From: Acidobacteriota bacterium
GTDB lineage: Bacteria; Acidobacteriota; UBA890; WLXD01
Length of the DNA: 64,000 nt
Direction: 5' to 3'
Assembly: GCA_965205505.1 (NCBI GenBank)
Contig: CBDBHB010000007.1
Span: 160,001 to 224,000 of the forward strand
Made by a program: the position numbers and the translations under genes. A model generated the notes under the pieces. It was given only the letters and a program-made list of their open reading frames with translations. It was not told where the DNA came from and ran no database searches. This document shows positions 63,877 to 64,000 of the stretch, in pieces. Every line of letters starts with the position of its first letter. Position 1 is the first letter of the stretch.

Positions 63877-64000
63877 TGATTGACTCCCTAATTTTGGAGA
63901 TACTACTCGCTTGCGAGTAAGAAGCCGATACGCCCATCAACGGAGCGTGCGACCGGCAAAGCCCCGCCTACACAGGAGGTCTTGGATGAAGAACGACGGA

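Overview
GC-rich bacterial accessory region with no core housekeeping genes. Sel1- and NHL-repeat proteins, a sulfatase and 'RLVPTDP*' kinase-tail remnants suggest a marine or host-associated Acidobacteriota-like organism (inference only). The left ~18.6 kb lies between two inward-facing tRNA 3'-fragments (Leu-CAG and Met-CAT) and looks like a decaying defence island. It holds a secreted HNH/Excalibur nuclease, a Sel1-repeat protein, a Type I R-M locus whose HsdR carries a C-terminal Schlafen/AlbA_2 domain, two orphan PD-(D/E)XK-like nucleases, and IS3/IS256 debris. The rest is a mosaic of metabolic and transport genes, including a Co-type nitrile hydratase operon, a Tat-signal Rieske oxygenase, CocE/NonD, a GcvT-family dehydrogenase, transporters, a Doc TA pair and a sulfatase, often separated by CTAG-flanked MITE-like repeats. 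Features the ORF track misses: two probable selenoproteins (a two-domain sulfurtransferase with UGA at the catalytic position, and DUF3179), each with a SECIS-like hairpin, and a 1,073-nt RT-deleted group II intron inserted in a MITE end whose EBS1 exactly matches the target. Many genes carry indels, which may be real decay or long-read errors. No CRISPR array, rRNA or complete tRNA was seen. All family assignments are from motif recognition by eye, not database searches.
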